From: an uncultured Dehalococcoidia bacterium
GTDB lineage: Bacteria > Chloroflexota > Dehalococcoidia > Lucifugimonadales > Australimonadaceae
Length of the DNA: 56,886 nt
Direction of reading: 5' to 3'
Assembly (NCBI GenBank): GCA_937901475.1
Contig: CALGTL010000020.1
Span: forward strand, 1-56,886
Below are positions 30,119 through 39,517 of this stretch, one piece after another. The notes under the pieces were generated by a model, which saw nothing but the letters and a program-made list of their open reading frames with translations, was not told where the DNA came from and made no database searches. The translations under genes were made by a program, and so were the position numbers. Numbering within the stretch: position 1 is the first letter of the stretch; each line of letters begins with the position of its first letter.

Positions 30119-31258
30119 CTAAATTGCGGACTTCGGCGAGTTGGTGGCGAGCTTGGCAACGAGACGGTCGATTTGCTCGGCTTCGATTGTCATTGATCCA
30201 CCGGGGCGGTTATGGCGGAAGGCGATGATCTCGGCCATGATACTCACGGCAATTTCTTCAGGATTACGGCCTCCCAGGTCAAGGCCGACCGGGGAGTGGA
30301 CCTGCTTAAGGCGCTCCGAGGTAATGCCGCGTTTAAGCAGAGCCTCGTAAATCATGATTGTCTTGCGCTTGCTGCCGAGCAGGCCGACGTAGGTGGCGGG
30401 TGTGCGGACGGCAAGCTCGGTAGCGAGATCGTCGAAATGATGGCCTCGCGAGCCAATCACGATGGCGGTATTCTTGGTGATATGGAAGGTATCTAGGCCC
30501 TTGTTGTAGGGAGCGACGCTGGTTTCCTCGGCCATGGGGAAGCGTTCGCGGTTGGCGAATTCAGGGCGATCGTCGGTAACGAAAATGCGGAAGCCAAGCA
30601 TCTGGGCAATTTTGGCGACCTGAAGGTTAACATGACCTCCGCCGACTAGGACGAGAGTTGCAGGGGAGGTAAAGCCCGTGACGAATATCTCGTCACCTTC
30701 AGCTGTGACGACGTGCTCGGATTTGCCCATTGGGATGACAGCTTTAGCTGTTTCGGTCGCGATTGTATCGGCTTCAGGGGTGCCGAGAGTGCCGACGGTA
30801 GTGCCGTCATCGTGAACTACGATGCGGGCATTAGCGTCGAGGCCGTTCTTTGCAGCAGGATGAACGACTGTGGCAATGGCTAAGGAATTACCGCCCTCGA
30901 AGGCTTGTTCAATCTCGTCGGATAGCGAACTTACCTCCGCGGAGTTCTCGAAAGGCTCGATATAAAAGAACATAGAGCCACCACAGACGAGGCCGTCACG
31001 AGCAGCGATGTCTTCGTTGAGGTAATAGTCCTTAAAGACGGGGCCAGTGTGCTCACGCAGCGCTTCTTTCGCGGCGAACCAAATGTCACCTTCAACGCAG
31101 CCTCCGCCGAGTGTGCCCACGGTGGAGCCGTCGGCGCGTACTAGCAAACTAGCACCAGGCTTCTGAGGAGTGGAGCCTTTGGTATTGACGACAGTGGCAA
31201 GGACGAACTCACGGTTCTGGCGAGCGAGGTTTGCAGCTTCGTTATAGACGGCTTTCAT
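30119..31258 (-). CDS. XdhC/CoxI-family molybdoenzyme maturation factor
   Basis: GSTPQKPGA, GTLGGGCVE, GLVCGG, GGGHV, DDRPEFA, YVGLLGS, SPVGLDLG...PEEIAVSI. Confidence 0.92.
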   Translation of the reverse strand: MKAVYNEAANLARQNREFVLATVVNTKGSTPQKPGASLLVRADGSTVGTLGGGCVEGDIWFAAKEALREHTGPVFKDYYLNEDIAARDGLVCGGSMFFYIEPFENSAEVSSLSDEIEQAFEGGNSLAIATVVHPAAKNGLDANARIVVHDDGTTVGTLGTPEADTIATETAKAVIPMGKSEHVVTAEGDEIFVTGFTSPATLVLVGGGHVNLQVAKIAQMLGFRIFVTDDRPEFANRERFPMAEETSVAPYNKGLDTFHITKNTAIVIGSRGHHFDDLATELAVRTPATYVGLLGSKRKTIMIYEALLKRGITSERLKQVHSPVGLDLGGRNPEEIAVSIMAEIIAFRHNRPGGSMTIEAEQIDRLVAKLATNSPKSAI

Positions 31259-31422
31259 GGTGATAGTTTACGCCTCCGGGCTCGGACGTGAATGGGAGGG
31301 GCATCTCGCCCCTAATGTTGGCCCTTGTAACTCTTGAACTTTGCCCGAAGGGATCAAGCTGACTTAGCTGATTATCTGGCTTGGGAATGTGGGACAGGGC
31401 TTCTATGATGCGGCGATGCTGG

Positions 31423-31466
31423 GATTGGCGATTGGCGATTGGCGTGTGGGCGATTGGCGTGTGGGC
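31423..31466 (+). repeat. Short imperfect tandem repeat (GATTGGC)3-GTGTGGGC-GATTGGC-GTGTGGGC
   Basis: Read directly from the sequence; abuts the TGGTAGAAT element. Confidence 0.85.
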
Positions 31467-31470
31467 GGGG

Positions 31471-31479
31471 TGGTAGAAT
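31471..31479 (+). promoter_or_regulatory. Extended -10 element upstream of the thrS leader
   Basis: TG-G-TAGAAT. Confidence 0.5.
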
Positions 31480-31578
31480 CTAGAGGTGATACATATATTG
31501 CTGGTGATGATTACTAGGATGGGATGGCCGTTAACTGGGCCTCCTAAAGCAGGGCCTACGTTTCGCTGAGATAGACCT

Positions 31579-31604
31579 AAGGGGCGCTTGGTGCGCCCCT
31601 TTTT
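31579..31604 (+). terminator. Intrinsic terminator/attenuator in the thrS 5' leader
   Basis: aaggggcgc-ttggt-gcgcccctt followed by a T-run, about 60 nt before the thrS ATG. Confidence 0.7.
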
Positions 31605-31667
31605 CCTGTTCGTACACTAGGCGGAACTGGGCAAGTGCCTGAGTCAGCTTAAAAAGGGAAGAATTAG

Positions 31668-33425
31668 ATGCCAGTAAAAGAACGAACGCAAGCGGAGCGG
31701 GACCTCGATGAGTTGAGGCTCCGTATCAGGCATTCAGCGGCGCATGTGATGGCGGAGGCAGTGCAAAGCATGTTCCCGAGTGCTCAGTTCGCAGTTGGGC
31801 CTGCTATCGATGATGGCTTCTACTACGATTTCCATGTAGACCGTCCATTCACACCGGAAGATTTGGAGCAACTTGAGGCGTTGATGCGCGAGTCAATTGC
31901 GTCGGATGCGCCATTCGTTCAGGCCGAGTTCTCCCGCGACGATGCGAAGAGAAGGTTTGCTGGGCAGCCGTTCAAGCTTGAAATCATCGAAGGTATCCCT
32001 GCAGGGGAAGTGCTGACGTCGTACGGGCATCGCGATTTCGAGGATTTGTGTCGCGGGCCGCACGTGCCGTCGACGGGCGAGATAAAGGCAATCAAGTTGA
32101 TGCACGTGGCCGGAGCTTATTGGCGCGGGGACGAGCGCAACGAGATGCTGCAACGCATCTATGGCACGGCTTGGGAGTCACAGGAAGCCCTGGACAATCA
32201 CCTAGAGCGGCTTGAGCAGGCGGCTCTGCGCGACCACCGCAAGATTGGCCGTGAGCTTGACTTGTTTTCGACATCGGACCAGGTTGGCCCAGGGCTGGTG
32301 ATCTGGCATCCCAAGGGTGGCCGGGTGCGGTCGCTGATGGAGCAAGAATGGCGTGACCAGCACGACAAGCGGGGATACGAATTCGTGTATTCGCCGCACA
32401 TTGGGAAATCGACGCTTTGGGAGACCTCAGGTCATTTGGGTTTCTACCGCGAGAACATGTACGACTCGATGGATGTTGAAGGGCAGGAGTACTTTGCTAA
32501 GCCTATGAACTGCCCGTTCCATATCCAGGTTTACACTTCATCCTTGCGCTCATACCGTGAGTTGCCGATGCGACTGACAGAGTTGGGGACCGTGTATCGC
32601 TACGAGCGTAGCGGAGTGCTCCAGGGGCTTCTCCGTGTCCGAGGCTTCACCCAGGATGACGCGCATATCTTCTGTCGTCCTGACCAGGTAGAGGACGAAA
32701 TTGTGGGCGTGCTGGACTTTGCATTCGACCTTCTCGGGACGTTCGGATTCACCGATTATGATGTGTACCTGAGCACTAAACCTGAGAAAGCGGTGGGCCG
32801 CGACGAGGATTGGGTGCACGCGACAGAATCACTGCGCCGCGCGCTAGATCGGATGAACGTGAACTATGAGGTCGACGAGGGCGGCGGCGCGTTCTATGGC
32901 CCGAAGCTGGACATAAAAGTCAAAGATGCAATCGGCCGGTCATGGCAGTGCTCAACAGTGCAGTTCGACTTCAACTTGCCTGAGCGATTTGACCTTAATT
33001 TCGTGGGGCAGGATGGTGCGCAGCATCGGCCTTATATGGTGCACCGTGCGCTATTCGGCTCATTGGAGCGATTTTTCGGTGTGCTAGTGGAGCATTACGG
33101 AGGGGCGTTTCCGCTATGGCTGGCACCAGTGCAGGCGGAGGTGATTCCAATCGCGGATCGCCATGTTGAGCATGCTGAGAAGGTGCGTAATGAGTTGGCG
33201 ATGACTGGGTTGCGGGTGCACGTCGATGCTCGAAATGAACGGATGGGCGCGAAGATTCGTAATGCGCAGATGATGAAGGTGCCTTACATGTTGGTGGTTG
33301 GTGATAAAGAGGCAGAGGCCGATGGAGCGGCGGTCCGCTTGCGGTCAGGCGAGGACCTAGGAATCTTGGCAACAGCGGAAATCGGAGCGCGCATGTCGAA
33401 GGAAGTTAAGGAACGGGGCGCGTAG
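31668..33425 (+). CDS. thrS: Threonine--tRNA ligase (lacks the N-terminal TGS domain)
   Basis: RHSAAH, DLCRGPH, RDHRKIG, KPMNCP, RVRGFTQDDAH, GAFYGPK, HRALFGSLERF. Confidence 0.98.
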   Translation: MPVKERTQAERDLDELRLRIRHSAAHVMAEAVQSMFPSAQFAVGPAIDDGFYYDFHVDRPFTPEDLEQLEALMRESIASDAPFVQAEFSRDDAKRRFAGQPFKLEIIEGIPAGEVLTSYGHRDFEDLCRGPHVPSTGEIKAIKLMHVAGAYWRGDERNEMLQRIYGTAWESQEALDNHLERLEQAALRDHRKIGRELDLFSTSDQVGPGLVIWHPKGGRVRSLMEQEWRDQHDKRGYEFVYSPHIGKSTLWETSGHLGFYRENMYDSMDVEGQEYFAKPMNCPFHIQVYTSSLRSYRELPMRLTELGTVYRYERSGVLQGLLRVRGFTQDDAHIFCRPDQVEDEIVGVLDFAFDLLGTFGFTDYDVYLSTKPEKAVGRDEDWVHATESLRRALDRMNVNYEVDEGGGAFYGPKLDIKVKDAIGRSWQCSTVQFDFNLPERFDLNFVGQDGAQHRPYMVHRALFGSLERFFGVLVEHYGGAFPLWLAPVQAEVIPIADRHVEHAEKVRNELAMTGLRVHVDARNERMGAKIRNAQMMKVPYMLVVGDKEAEADGAAVRLRSGEDLGILATAEIGARMSKEVKERGA

Positions 33426-33465
33426 GGTTGCGCCAAAGCCGGTAGAAAGTCATGGGACTTAGGTG

Positions 33466-35292
33466 TTAGTTGGCAGGGAAGTAGCGCTGCACGTGGCTCC
33501 AGAGTGCTACAAGGCCTTCTATACGTAATCGGTCGCGCGGACCGAAGGCTTGGAGAAGCGTAGCGTTGACGGTTTTGATATAAGCGGCGCGCCTAGTGCG
33601 GGTATCTTTGGTTTCACCTGGCCAGCGCCTGTAGGCGTGCTTCTTGATCCAGCTTGAAATCCGATCGCGGTACTTCTGTTCAGCATCAGACGGGCGTAAC
33701 GTTCCAGGGGCTGCAGGTGCGGCGCTCGTTAGTTTCGCGCGATTCTTTTTGGCGAATCGTTCCTGCATCTTGCGTACCTGGTCAAGACTGACGCCAGTAG
33801 AGTAAGGCAGCTGGCCTTCAATGATGAGCGCCTGAACCTGGATGGGGGCGAGCCCAAATACTCCTTCTTCGTAGGCAATGCTGGCGAAGAGGTTGGTTTG
33901 CTCTGCGGTTAAGGTCGCACCCGTGAGGTCGGAATTGATTTCAGCTCCTACGCTGGCGTCCAGCGGGATGATGCCGAGACCTAAGGGAACTTCGCGAGAT
34001 TCCACTACCGACTGGTTGGTCCAATTGAGAATGAAGGCTTCTTCCGCTTCTGGTGGGCGATAAGCGCCTTTGTCCTGCTCATCGATAATCTGCTCGTAGA
34101 CGTTGCGGAAGAGCGGGTCGTCAGGTACCCAAATATAGCCGTGGCTCTTGCCTCTATAGGTGCGAGCAGCACGGGCAAAGCATTGCTCAAGCCATGGCTT
34201 GCTGCGGATCCCGGTGAGACAGACGACGTGACTGATTTGAGGGACATCCATGCCTTCGTAGGCCATCTGAACAGTCACGAGAGCGTCGAGTCGTGGTTTG
34301 CGTAAGCCTTTGAATCGATCAATGGCTTTGCTGGCGGCAGGTGAGTCGTTGCTGATGGCGATGTCTGAGACAACACCCATCTCCAGGAGATGAGTGTTAA
34401 GCTCTTCAGCGCGGGCTTGGCTGTGAGCTACGACAAGGAGCTTCGCCCATTTATTTAGCTGCCGGAAACCGAGCCAGCTATCGAGGCCACGAGCGAGAAG
34501 ATCGAAGGCGTATTTCTGAGTGAGGGCGGTCCAGAGCGCAGCTTTTGCATCCTTGCCAACGGCATCTGTGAAAGAGTCGAACGTTTTATGTTCGCCTTCT
34601 GATGTCTCCCAGGCAAGCCCTCCGGCATCGTGGCGACGAAAGATAAGGTTGGCTATCGAGCCTTCAGCGATGGCTCGCTCTCGACCGTATTCTATGTAGG
34701 CCGATTTGCCTGTGGTGTCGTTATCGAGGTCCGGGTAGTCGCCGGAGGACTCTTTTTTGTACGGCAGAAATGCGATGCGTCGCCGGTCGTGTCGTTCAAA
34801 GGTGCCGCTCATGAATATTCGTAGGACTGCGTTCTCAACGAGAGGTGCGAGGCGCTCTGGCCACTGCGCTTCGTCCGCTATGTGATGAGGCTCATCAAGT
34901 ACGAGAATATAGCGGTGTTTGCGGAACTCCTGGGCATGCTGGCCTTTGGCGTCCATCCCGATGGCTTGGTAGGTGCTGACGTAGCCAGAGAGTCCACGAG
35001 TGGGGTCAGTTTCGTTGCGAGCTAGGCGGATGAGGTGTTTATGGGGTAAGAGCTCTTGGATCGCATTGTTGTTGGCGAATACATCCTCAGCCTGGCGGGC
35101 AAGGTTAGTTCGCGGGACGATCCAGCAGATCTTGTCGGCTATGGTAGGGATGAGCTCTGTGGCCGCGATGACAGGTAGCCAGCTTTTGCCAGCACCAGGT
35201 GTGACTGCCGCGTAGACGTCCCTGATAGGGGCTCCTGCTTTGATGCGCTGAACGATGTCGAGCATTTCCTGCTGGTGACTGCGCAACTGCAT
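33466..35292 (-). CDS. Superfamily 2 DExH helicase/ATPase (ResIII-like)
   Basis: LRSHQ Q-motif, TPGAGKS, LVLDEPHH, SGT, MAYEGMDVP, QCFARAAR. Confidence 0.85.
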   Translation of the reverse strand: MQLRSHQQEMLDIVQRIKAGAPIRDVYAAVTPGAGKSWLPVIAATELIPTIADKICWIVPRTNLARQAEDVFANNNAIQELLPHKHLIRLARNETDPTRGLSGYVSTYQAIGMDAKGQHAQEFRKHRYILVLDEPHHIADEAQWPERLAPLVENAVLRIFMSGTFERHDRRRIAFLPYKKESSGDYPDLDNDTTGKSAYIEYGRERAIAEGSIANLIFRRHDAGGLAWETSEGEHKTFDSFTDAVGKDAKAALWTALTQKYAFDLLARGLDSWLGFRQLNKWAKLLVVAHSQARAEELNTHLLEMGVVSDIAISNDSPAASKAIDRFKGLRKPRLDALVTVQMAYEGMDVPQISHVVCLTGIRSKPWLEQCFARAARTYRGKSHGYIWVPDDPLFRNVYEQIIDEQDKGAYRPPEAEEAFILNWTNQSVVESREVPLGLGIIPLDASVGAEINSDLTGATLTAEQTNLFASIAYEEGVFGLAPIQVQALIIEGQLPYSTGVSLDQVRKMQERFAKKNRAKLTSAAPAAPGTLRPSDAEQKYRDRISSWIKKHAYRRWPGETKDTRTRRAAYIKTVNATLLQAFGPRDRLRIEGLVALWSHVQRYFPAN

Positions 35293-35589
35293 AGAGTGGT
35301 ATTGTCCTGAGTTAATGCGGCTGTGGAATTGTAGGAGGGATTAGCTAATCTAACGGTACTTGCCTATTTTAGGGAGATTGTTGATTGTGTTGCGCGAGAC
35401 AGAACCTCGAATTTTGAGGCCTTTGAGTGTTGACTGATTGATTCTCCCGCGCTCATTGATACGGGAAAGGTTAGCGTTGCTCGAGGTATCGCTCGCATGC
35501 GGGAACTCCATTCGCTGGACTAAGGAAATTTCTTGACACTTTGCATGTAAGGAATGGCGTAAGTGCGGGTCGGTGGTATTCTTGCGCTC

Positions 35590-36606
35590 ATGGTTACAGA
35601 CATACGTCCGCAAGGTCCGGTAGCAGTGGTAGGTACGACTACGTGGGGTACTACGTTGGCGGTGATCATGGCACGCCGGGGGATCGAAGTTCGGTTGCTG
35701 GCGAGAACTCCTAGTGAGGCGTTGGCGCTCGCAGGCGCGAGAGAAACTCCTCGCTTGCCTGGCGTGGAATTCCCCGCTTCGTTGTCGGTGTCAGACGATT
35801 GGGCCAAGAGCCTTGGTGATGCGACTGCAGTGCTGTTTGTGGTGCCTAGTCGTACGCTGCGCGAGAACGCTCGGCGCGCGCGGCCGTTTATAGGCCTTGA
35901 GCCTTTAGTGATTTGCGCGACGAAGGGGATTGAAGAGGGGTCTGGTAAGCCGATGACTCAATTGTTGGCGGAAGAACTTCCCGAGGCTGCTTTACGTTTG
36001 GCTTTGTTGTCAGGGCCGAATTTGGCTCGCGAGGTGATTCAGAGCCTGCCTACTTCAACAGTGGTGGCATCGGCTGATGAGAGCGTTGCGCGCAAGGCGC
36101 AGCAACTGCTGAATTCGACGACGTTTCGCGTCTACACGAATACGGACTTGATTGGTGTGGAGTTGGGCGGTGCGCTGAAGAACATCATCGCAATCGGCGC
36201 GGGAGTTATCGACGGGATGGGCCTTGGCGATAACGCAAAAGCGAGTTTCCTGACGCGAGGATTGGCCGAGATAACTCGACTGAGTGTGGCCGCAGGTGCG
36301 CAGCCGGCGACTCTTATGGGTAACGCTGGTTTGGGTGACTTGATGGCGACTGCGTTCAGCGGCCTATCGCGCAATCATCGAGTGGGTATTGCGCTGGCTG
36401 AGGGTAGGTCACTTCAGCAGGCAATCGATTCACTCGGAGGAGAGGTTGCTGAAGGGGTGACGACTGCGGCAGCGGCAAGAGAGATGGCACGTGCTTACGG
36501 TGTAGAGATGCCAATTACGGAGCTGACGTGCCGCGTGTTGTTCGATGGCTTACCGCCCCGTGAGGCGCTTGCCGAGCTCATGATCCGTGAGCCGAAGCCC
36601 GAGTAA
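35590..36606 (+). CDS. gpsA: NAD(P)H-dependent glycerol-3-phosphate dehydrogenase
   Basis: VVGTTTWGTTLA, TKGIE, SGPNLA.E, GGALKNIIAI, GLGDL, SRN, AEG. Confidence 0.95.
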   Translation: MVTDIRPQGPVAVVGTTTWGTTLAVIMARRGIEVRLLARTPSEALALAGARETPRLPGVEFPASLSVSDDWAKSLGDATAVLFVVPSRTLRENARRARPFIGLEPLVICATKGIEEGSGKPMTQLLAEELPEAALRLALLSGPNLAREVIQSLPTSTVVASADESVARKAQQLLNSTTFRVYTNTDLIGVELGGALKNIIAIGAGVIDGMGLGDNAKASFLTRGLAEITRLSVAAGAQPATLMGNAGLGDLMATAFSGLSRNHRVGIALAEGRSLQQAIDSLGGEVAEGVTTAAAAREMARAYGVEMPITELTCRVLFDGLPPREALAELMIREPKPE

Positions 36607-36647
36607 CAGGCTTCGACTCTATTCTCGGATTGGATTTCCCCGCAGAT

Positions 36648-37205
36648 TTACGCGACTTTGGCCAACTGGGGCTCTGGTTGAGCCGCCATGGGTTTTGCCA
36701 ACTTCTGTTTGCTGCTAAGGATTAAATCTGCAAGTGGCAGCACAACGTTGAGGTTAGAGCTGGCCTTCTTGTGGTGCTGGTAGTGGTGCTCATTCATGTA
36801 CTTGAAAATCGCGTTACTCTCGAACCAACGACCCTTCGGCACGTGCATACAGAAGTGAAAGTATTCGTAAACAGCCTGGTACGCCATGAAGGCAAACGCT
36901 GGGCCGAGTGCCATAGGGACGCTTACCCAGATACCGATGGCAATCAGGTAGGGCGCGTGGAATAGTGTAGGGAAGGGCATGGCCCAAGGGGCAAAGGTGA
37001 GATCAACAGGTGGGCGGTCGCCAAGGAAGTAGGATTCATTGGCTTGGTATTTGGCGTGATGTACTTGGGCGTGAGCCTTATAGAAGTGACTATACCCGAA
37101 AATCGGACGGTGCATCATGTACTTGTGGATCACCCATTCCGCGAAACTCGCATATAGGATGCCAACGAGGAACGAGGCGGTGAAAACTCCGACAGTTGCT
37201 AGCAT
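36648..37205 (-). CDS. Fatty acid hydroxylase/sterol desaturase family membrane protein
   Basis: His boxes EWVIHKYMMH, HAQVHH, YEYFHFCMH and HHYQHH. Confidence 0.8.
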   Translation of the reverse strand: MLATVGVFTASFLVGILYASFAEWVIHKYMMHRPIFGYSHFYKAHAQVHHAKYQANESYFLGDRPPVDLTFAPWAMPFPTLFHAPYLIAIGIWVSVPMALGPAFAFMAYQAVYEYFHFCMHVPKGRWFESNAIFKYMNEHHYQHHKKASSNLNVVLPLADLILSSKQKLAKPMAAQPEPQLAKVA

Positions 37206-37384
37206 AAGATCTGTTCCTAAATATACCGGATAGACGGCCTTTTGGCCGATAATTGCTGGGATTCAGTAGCTAAAGAATAACGTTATTTCGACACAATCGC
37301 ATTATCTCATAGAGTTGTAGACGGCCAGGGGTATGTTTTCAAGGGTCTCTGCTATCGACGGCGGACGTGTTGCGCCACGATTGA

Positions 37385-38380
37385 CTAGGTATCGAGGAGA
37401 TTGGATGCGTAGATTTCCTCAGGGGTGAGAACTCTCGGAGTGAGGCCTTGCTCTGTCGAATATTGCATCGCAGTCTCAATGACCATGCGGTTGGCGGCGA
37501 GACCGTAAGGGAAAAGATCAGTGTCCATACTCTTCTTGGCTGCTGAGGCCATGACACCAGTGTCCAGCCAAGGCTGAGTGGCTTCCCGGCGCTCGTTGTA
37601 GTGAAGCTCCTTGGCCTTCTGGAACGCTTCTAGGATGTTGCGACCAATCCAAGGGTGCGCTTCATAAATTGATCGGCGAACGATAACTGTGTGGTTGAAA
37701 GGGAAAATGCCGGTCTTATTGTAATAGCGAGTTGCTTCTTCCTGTGGATCACCGAAGATGTAATGCATTCCCGATTGCTTGGCTAAGTCTATGTTGCTGC
37801 GATTAATCCCGCCGCCACCCCAGAAGTAATGCTGTATGGCATCTAACTCTCCGTCCATCATCATCTGGCCCATGTTCTTATTCTCAGGGATGAATTTGAG
37901 GGCGACGCCTGGAGGAGCTTGGAACCCAACAGCACCGGCGTGTGAGTATGCAGGCGTCCGCTCCATCCACCATTCGACGTCCTGTGCGGCAACTCCATAT
38001 TCATGATGGAAGAAGCCGCGAGACCAGAGGGCCGCAGTCTGCTGGTATTCGTTGACGCCAACACGTTTACCTTTGAGTTGGTCGCCGGTTTCGATGCCTG
38101 CGGCATTGCGGGCAATGGCTTGCGTGCCGAAGAAGTGACGAGTGGTGAAAATGGGCAACGCAACCCAATCACGATTGCCTTGAGCGGTAATCATCAGTAG
38201 GGAAGAAATGGACATCTCTGAAACATCGAATTCCTGGTGAGTGAGTTGTCGATGGAAAAGCTCCCCTGGCGGTACATGTGAGCATAAGAGTTCAATGCCT
38301 TCGGGCTCTACAACGCCGTCCAGGATGGGCTTGCTGCGAGGGTTCGGGCTGAACGCGAGACTGAGTTGTAGCTTGACCAA
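37385..38380 (-). CDS. 4,5-dihydroxyphthalate decarboxylase-like protein (periplasmic-binding-protein fold, no signal peptide)
   Basis: LDG.V..EGI.L, EFDVSEMS.SS, LPIF..R.F, LKGKRVGV.EYQQTAALW, TGIFP.NH, PYG...NR. Confidence 0.75.
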   Translation of the reverse strand: MVKLQLSLAFSPNPRSKPILDGVVEPEGIELLCSHVPPGELFHRQLTHQEFDVSEMSISSLLMITAQGNRDWVALPIFTTRHFFGTQAIARNAAGIETGDQLKGKRVGVNEYQQTAALWSRGFFHHEYGVAAQDVEWWMERTPAYSHAGAVGFQAPPGVALKFIPENKNMGQMMMDGELDAIQHYFWGGGGINRSNIDLAKQSGMHYIFGDPQEEATRYYNKTGIFPFNHTVIVRRSIYEAHPWIGRNILEAFQKAKELHYNERREATQPWLDTGVMASAAKKSMDTDLFPYGLAANRMVIETAMQYSTEQGLTPRVLTPEEIYASNLLDT

Positions 38381-38538
38381 GAGATGCCTCCGCGATGGTT
38401 GGTGTCGCGCATGTTACGCCCCAGGTTATTCCCACGCTCTGCGTTAGCTGATGGATGTGTGATTCTCAAGTGCATTCACTGCAACTCATGGGATTCCCTC
38501 ACCGCACCAAAGGCCGCTAGGCGCTCTGCGCCCTAGCG

Positions 38539-39453
38539 TTAGGTTGTGGAGCAGATTAGAGCTACCCAGTCGTCATCGTAGATACGTTCGGAGATTGCTA
38601 TACCCGCTGCAGTGAAGGCGTCTTCGACCCCCTGTTGGCGCTCGGTGAGAATGCCTGCGGCGACGAGCCAGCCACCTGATTTGATGGCACGGCCGAGTTC
38701 CGTGGCGAGATTGGTGAGAGCGACGGAGTTGACGTTGGCAAGCACCAGATCGGCCCAGCCTTCGGGGACGTGGTCATTGGGTAGGGAACCAGCGTAGAAG
38801 CGAGCGGCCCCTGAGATTCCGTTGGAACGGAGGTTAGCTCGGCCAGCTTTGAGGGCAATTGAGTCGATTTCTACTCCAATGATCTTGCCTGCTCCGAGCT
38901 TCGCGGCACCGACGGTAAGGATGCCAGAGCCTGCGCCGACATCAAGGACGTTTTGCCCTGGTTCCAGTAGGCGCTCCATGGCTTCAAGGACTCGATGAGT
39001 GGTTGGGTGATGGCCTGTGCCGAATGCTAGACCGGGGTCAATCTCGATGACGATGTCGTTGGGACCTTCTTCACCGCGTCGCCAGGGAGGCTGGACAAGC
39101 AAGCGCTTACCGATGCGTAGAGGAGTGAAGTGAGCTTTCCAGGCCTCCTCCCATTCTTGCTCTGCGATGTCACGCTCTTCCAGTGGCGAGACGTCGGTGA
39201 GCTTAGAGATGAGCTCAACGCCGATGTGAATCATCTCTCTATTGGAGCGATACCCAGGAGTTTGGGGCATGTAGGTGCGGAGAATCGCGTTAGGCCGCTC
39301 TGGGCGCATCTCGCCTTCGTCAGGGTTCCACCCACCTGCTTCCTCAATGGCAACTCCACCTTTGCCAAACCTACGGAATAATTCGGCGATGGGCTCTACG
39401 AATTCAAACGGGACTTCGACTTTGAACTCTATCCAGTCTTTTGTTGAAGGCAT
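38539..39453 (-). CDS. prmA: Ribosomal protein L11 methyltransferase
   Basis: WEEAWK, IDPGLAFGTGHHPTT, VLDVGAGSGIL; follows dnaJ. Confidence 0.95.
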   Translation of the reverse strand: MPSTKDWIEFKVEVPFEFVEPIAELFRRFGKGGVAIEEAGGWNPDEGEMRPERPNAILRTYMPQTPGYRSNREMIHIGVELISKLTDVSPLEERDIAEQEWEEAWKAHFTPLRIGKRLLVQPPWRRGEEGPNDIVIEIDPGLAFGTGHHPTTHRVLEAMERLLEPGQNVLDVGAGSGILTVGAAKLGAGKIIGVEIDSIALKAGRANLRSNGISGAARFYAGSLPNDHVPEGWADLVLANVNSVALTNLATELGRAIKSGGWLVAAGILTERQQGVEDAFTAAGIAISERIYDDDWVALICSTT

Positions 39454-39517
39454 TTGTATAGGCTACATCCGAGAGGTGATAGGCGGTAGGCGTAGCCGCG
39501 CCGAATGGCACTTGGCA

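Noticed and set aside
31423-31466. Possible CRISPR array
   Set aside because: The units are 7-8 nt and have no spacers; no cas genes are present.
31480-31667. T-box riboswitch upstream of thrS
   Set aside because: No GGTGGNACCGCG T-box sequence or specifier stem seen, and the leader is too short.
35350-35613. 87-aa minus-strand ORF upstream of the helicase
   Set aside because: It overlaps the gpsA start and promoter region, with no SD or motif. A shorter version cannot be wholly excluded.
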